A stretch of 64,000 nucleotides of DNA. It comes from Candidatus Dadabacteria bacterium (GTDB taxonomy: Bacteria > Desulfobacterota_D > UBA1144 > Nemesobacterales > CSP1-2). The stretch covers positions 352,001 through 416,000 of the forward strand of contig CAWDVW010000002.1 of the NCBI GenBank assembly GCA_963805855.1, read 5' to 3'. Position numbers and translations under genes: made by a program. Shown here one piece after another: positions 61,275 through 64,000 of this stretch (within the stretch, counting starts at the first letter, position 1; each line of letters begins with the position of its first letter). A model generated the notes under the pieces. It was not told the origin of the DNA and searched no databases. It worked only from the letters and a program-made list of their open reading frames with translations.

Positions 61275-62213
61275 ATGAAGGTAGCTGTAGTAGCATTTGG
61301 CGGAAACGCCCTCATGGGGCACGAGGGTAAAAGCAATTATGCAGACCAGATTAGGAGAACAGATACAATATGTAGAAAACTACTCGGCCTGTTTCAATTG
61401 GGATATAGGATTATAATCACCCACGGTAATGGTCCGCAGGTAGGAAATATCCTGATGCAGCAGGAATGTCTAATAGATTCTCTACCGCCAATGCCACTTG
61501 ACGTATGCAACGCAATGACACAGGGACAGATTGGATATATGATAGAACAGAGGTTACGAAACATATTGGAGGAAAAAAAGATCAAGAGGTCCGTTATAGT
61601 TTTAGCTACACAGGTAGTAGTGTCAGAAAATGATCCCGCATTTAAAAATCCAACAAAGTTCATCGGGCCTTTTTTCAGACAAGAGGAAACCGAAAGACTC
61701 GAAAAGGAGAAAGGTTGGGATATGAAAGAGGATTCAGGTCGGGGTTACAGACGTGTAGTTCCATCTCCAAGACCAATAGATATAGTAGAAAAGGACGAAA
61801 TCTCAGACATGGCAAACAGAGATTTAGTCGTAGTAGCATGTGGGGGTGGAGGAATTCCAGTGCTTAGAGACAAAAAAGGGAAACTAAAGGGCGTTGCCGC
61901 CGTCATTGATAAAGATTATGCAGCTGAAAGACTCGCGAGTCTCATAGGCGCGGATTCGCTGATTTTAATAACGCCCGTCGACAAGGTATCAATATTCTAC
62001 GGAACATCAAAACAGAAAGACCTTGGAAGAATATCACTCGAAGAATTGAAAGGTTACTACGATGAAGGGCATTTCCCGGCAGGGAGCATGGGGCCTAAGA
62101 TCGAGGCCACTATGAAGTTTATCAGCGAAGGCGGAAAAAGGACGATTATTACCTCGATAAAAGGTCTCGATGATGCGATAAAAGGCAAAGATGGTACAGT
62201 AATAACGCAATGA
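61275..62213 (+). CDS. arcC: Carbamate kinase
   Basis: AFGGNAL, THGNGPQVG, PTKFIG, YRRVVPSP, GGGGIPV, VIDKD and GSMGPK. Confidence 0.96.
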   Translation: MKVAVVAFGGNALMGHEGKSNYADQIRRTDTICRKLLGLFQLGYRIIITHGNGPQVGNILMQQECLIDSLPPMPLDVCNAMTQGQIGYMIEQRLRNILEEKKIKRSVIVLATQVVVSENDPAFKNPTKFIGPFFRQEETERLEKEKGWDMKEDSGRGYRRVVPSPRPIDIVEKDEISDMANRDLVVVACGGGGIPVLRDKKGKLKGVAAVIDKDYAAERLASLIGADSLILITPVDKVSIFYGTSKQKDLGRISLEELKGYYDEGHFPAGSMGPKIEATMKFISEGGKRTIITSIKGLDDAIKGKDGTVITQ

Positions 62214-62403
62214 AACAATGTCAAAAACCAGGAGCAGTTTGTAGAGGATTAATCTATAGAAATAATCTAAAATCGTTATTTGAAATGAATTTGGTAATCG
62301 ACTAAAGAGCTTCAGGGAATTTGCGAGTTTTCGGAATCTACGAGATGATTTGCTTTATGGGACATCTAATTACCGAGATTCTTATTCATTAAAAATTTAC
62401 TTG

Positions 62404-62432
62404 TTGCTTTTGTTGAACTTTTGTAATATGAT
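62404..62432 (+). promoter_or_regulatory. Possible sigma70-type promoter
   Basis: TTGCTT-N17-TATGAT upstream of the amidohydrolase gene. Confidence 0.45.
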
Positions 62433-62506
62433 GGGATAATAAGGGGTATGAGTGAACCGATTAAGCATCAGAATTAACTACACAACAACATTAGGAGGTG
62501 ATCTAA

Positions 62507-63352
62507 GTGAAAGTAAACAGAAAGGTTTTTGATGCCCATTCACATATAGGCGAGCTAGCAGCATATAAATTCTATGATTTGGCAGAACCTGTTAAACCCA
62601 CCGTAATCGAGTATCCAACTTATAAAGAATATCTAAAACATATGGACGAGTATGGAGTTGATCGAGCGATGGTGATTTCTAATTATGGAGTGCCGGACTC
62701 AGGTCAACCATTTACATTGAATCCAATTGTGATTGATGGTGTCCATCAGGCAGACCGCCTTGTTGGAGCTATTTGGGTTTCTGGTCTTGCAAAAGACAAA
62801 GAACGGACGGCTGAGGCATTAAAACACGTTAAAGAAAAAGGTATAGTTGCTCTAAAATCTACATGCCTTCTTGGGGGCACATACAATCCTGGAGAATGGG
62901 ATGATGAAGCGCGAGCATTATGGGAAAGCATCATTAACGCCGCCGAGCAAAATCACCTTGTATTACATATTCATACAAGCCCTGGCGGAGGTTCAGACAT
63001 CTCAAACGCACTCGAGCTAGTTAAACAGTATGGGAAAAGAATCAAAATACATCTGGTACACATGGGTGGATTTGTCAGCGGACATATAAAGCTGGTGCCA
63101 AAATTTATTAATTTGGTGAAAGAAGGTTTTATGGTTTATACGGATACAACTTGGGCAGTTGGCTTTGGGTCACGCTGGTTACTCAATGAGATTGAGAAAA
63201 CCGGAGTTGGTTCTGATAACGTCCTTTTTGCATCCGACACTCCGTGGAGTGACTTTCCTTCGGAGTTCTGGAAGATTGAAGGCGCAAGTATTTCTGAGGA
63301 ATTGAAAAATAAGATCTTTTGGGAAAATGCCCAGAAACTTTATTCTAGATAA
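62507..63352 (+). CDS. Metal-dependent amidohydrolase (amidohydro_2-like TIM barrel)
   Basis: DAHSH, HIHT, LVHMGG and FASDTPW, with an AGGAGG RBS and GTG start. Confidence 0.88.
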   Translation: MKVNRKVFDAHSHIGELAAYKFYDLAEPVKPTVIEYPTYKEYLKHMDEYGVDRAMVISNYGVPDSGQPFTLNPIVIDGVHQADRLVGAIWVSGLAKDKERTAEALKHVKEKGIVALKSTCLLGGTYNPGEWDDEARALWESIINAAEQNHLVLHIHTSPGGGSDISNALELVKQYGKRIKIHLVHMGGFVSGHIKLVPKFINLVKEGFMVYTDTTWAVGFGSRWLLNEIEKTGVGSDNVLFASDTPWSDFPSEFWKIEGASISEELKNKIFWENAQKLYSR

Positions 63353-63379
63353 AAAATATCATATAAGGAGGTAGTAAAA

Positions 63380-63871
63380 ATGGCAGTCGACAGAGTAAAA
63401 GGAGAGAAACCAACTAAAGGAAAGGCGTTGGTAGATTATGAGGAGAAAGTATTTCCAGATCATAAAGCAAAGGAAGGGGAAAAGGCGTTATTCCTTATCC
63501 ACTCGGTGCCCTATGAAGGATCTGTGGCTGGTATTAACATGCTTACAGCTATAAGGGCTAAAAAGAAGGGTTATGATGTTAGTGTACTGTTTTACGGCCC
63601 CGCTTCCGGCATACCAGTATATCGGGGCTGGCCCAACGTTGGGGACGACGGCTATGGTGCTGGGATACAGTTATACCCAAACCTTGTCGCAAGATTGATT
63701 AATGAAGGAATAACGGTCTATGCATGTCGCTTCTCAGCTGCTTCGCTTTGCGGTCTCAGAGAAGATGACTTTCTGGAGGGTGTAAGGCCGATACATCCGA
63801 CCGACATTTTGGACATAGTAATCGAACACCATAGAGCCGGTGCAATGATGTTCAGCACTTGGACTGTTTGA
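63380..63871 (+). CDS. MSMEG_0572/Sll0783-like (DsrE-fold) nitrogen-starvation protein
   Basis: LVDYEEKVF...GEKAL...EGS...YGP...RG.P..GD...VYACRF...WTV pattern. Confidence 0.85.
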   Translation: MAVDRVKGEKPTKGKALVDYEEKVFPDHKAKEGEKALFLIHSVPYEGSVAGINMLTAIRAKKKGYDVSVLFYGPASGIPVYRGWPNVGDDGYGAGIQLYPNLVARLINEGITVYACRFSAASLCGLREDDFLEGVRPIHPTDILDIVIEHHRAGAMMFSTWTV

Positions 63872-64000
63872 GAACAATTTATTTATTAGCAGTTAGCTGT
63901 TTTAATATTGATTTTTAGAGATACAATAAAACGATCATTCTTTGGTATGCAAGGCCATAGAGTGGTTGAGTGGGTAATATTGCCAAACTTATCCGGGGGT

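Overview
A 64-kb bacterial chromosome segment, mostly about 40% GC by eye. LspA, lipoprotein signals, periplasmic c-type cytochromes and DegQ point to a Gram-negative host. A Dadabacteria/Desulfobacterota-like lineage is my guess and is not shown by the sequence. Left end (1-4.7 kb): an AT-rich conflict cluster with a Fic protein, a probable HEPN RNase, a BrnT/BrnA toxin-antitoxin pair, and a short signal-peptide-bearing RHS toxin (Ntox10-like) with an Imm27-like immunity gene. Middle: housekeeping genes (ndh, degQ, aroK, ribE, lspA, msrA, pyrD, argJ, recO, mgtE, iscS/nifS, hpt, def, carB, greA) mixed with accessory genes, including a surface-sorted thaumatin-domain protein and a BpsA-like branched-polyamine synthase. 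A tRNA-Pro/Arg/His locus is split by a 4-kb decayed integrative element that duplicates the 5' half of tRNA-Arg(TCT) and carries a high-GC sulfatase. Intergenic DNA holds several repeat classes: GTAG/GATAG REPs with a nonsense-disrupted RAYT, two families of palindromic 7-bp-periodic elements, and a 243-bp duplicated element. There is also a candidate sRNA of about 120 nt. Right end (56-64 kb), the most notable system: Nit1C-type genes (Sll0786-like GNAT, Sll0787-like AIR-synthase protein, Sll0783/MSMEG_0572-like protein) interleaved with a DUF1116(AllG)-FdrA(AllF)-carbamate kinase module, an XRE-cupin regulator and an amidohydrolase. This suggests an uncharacterised nitrogen-scavenging route via carbamoyl phosphate. 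All family calls come from motif recognition by eye, not database searches.
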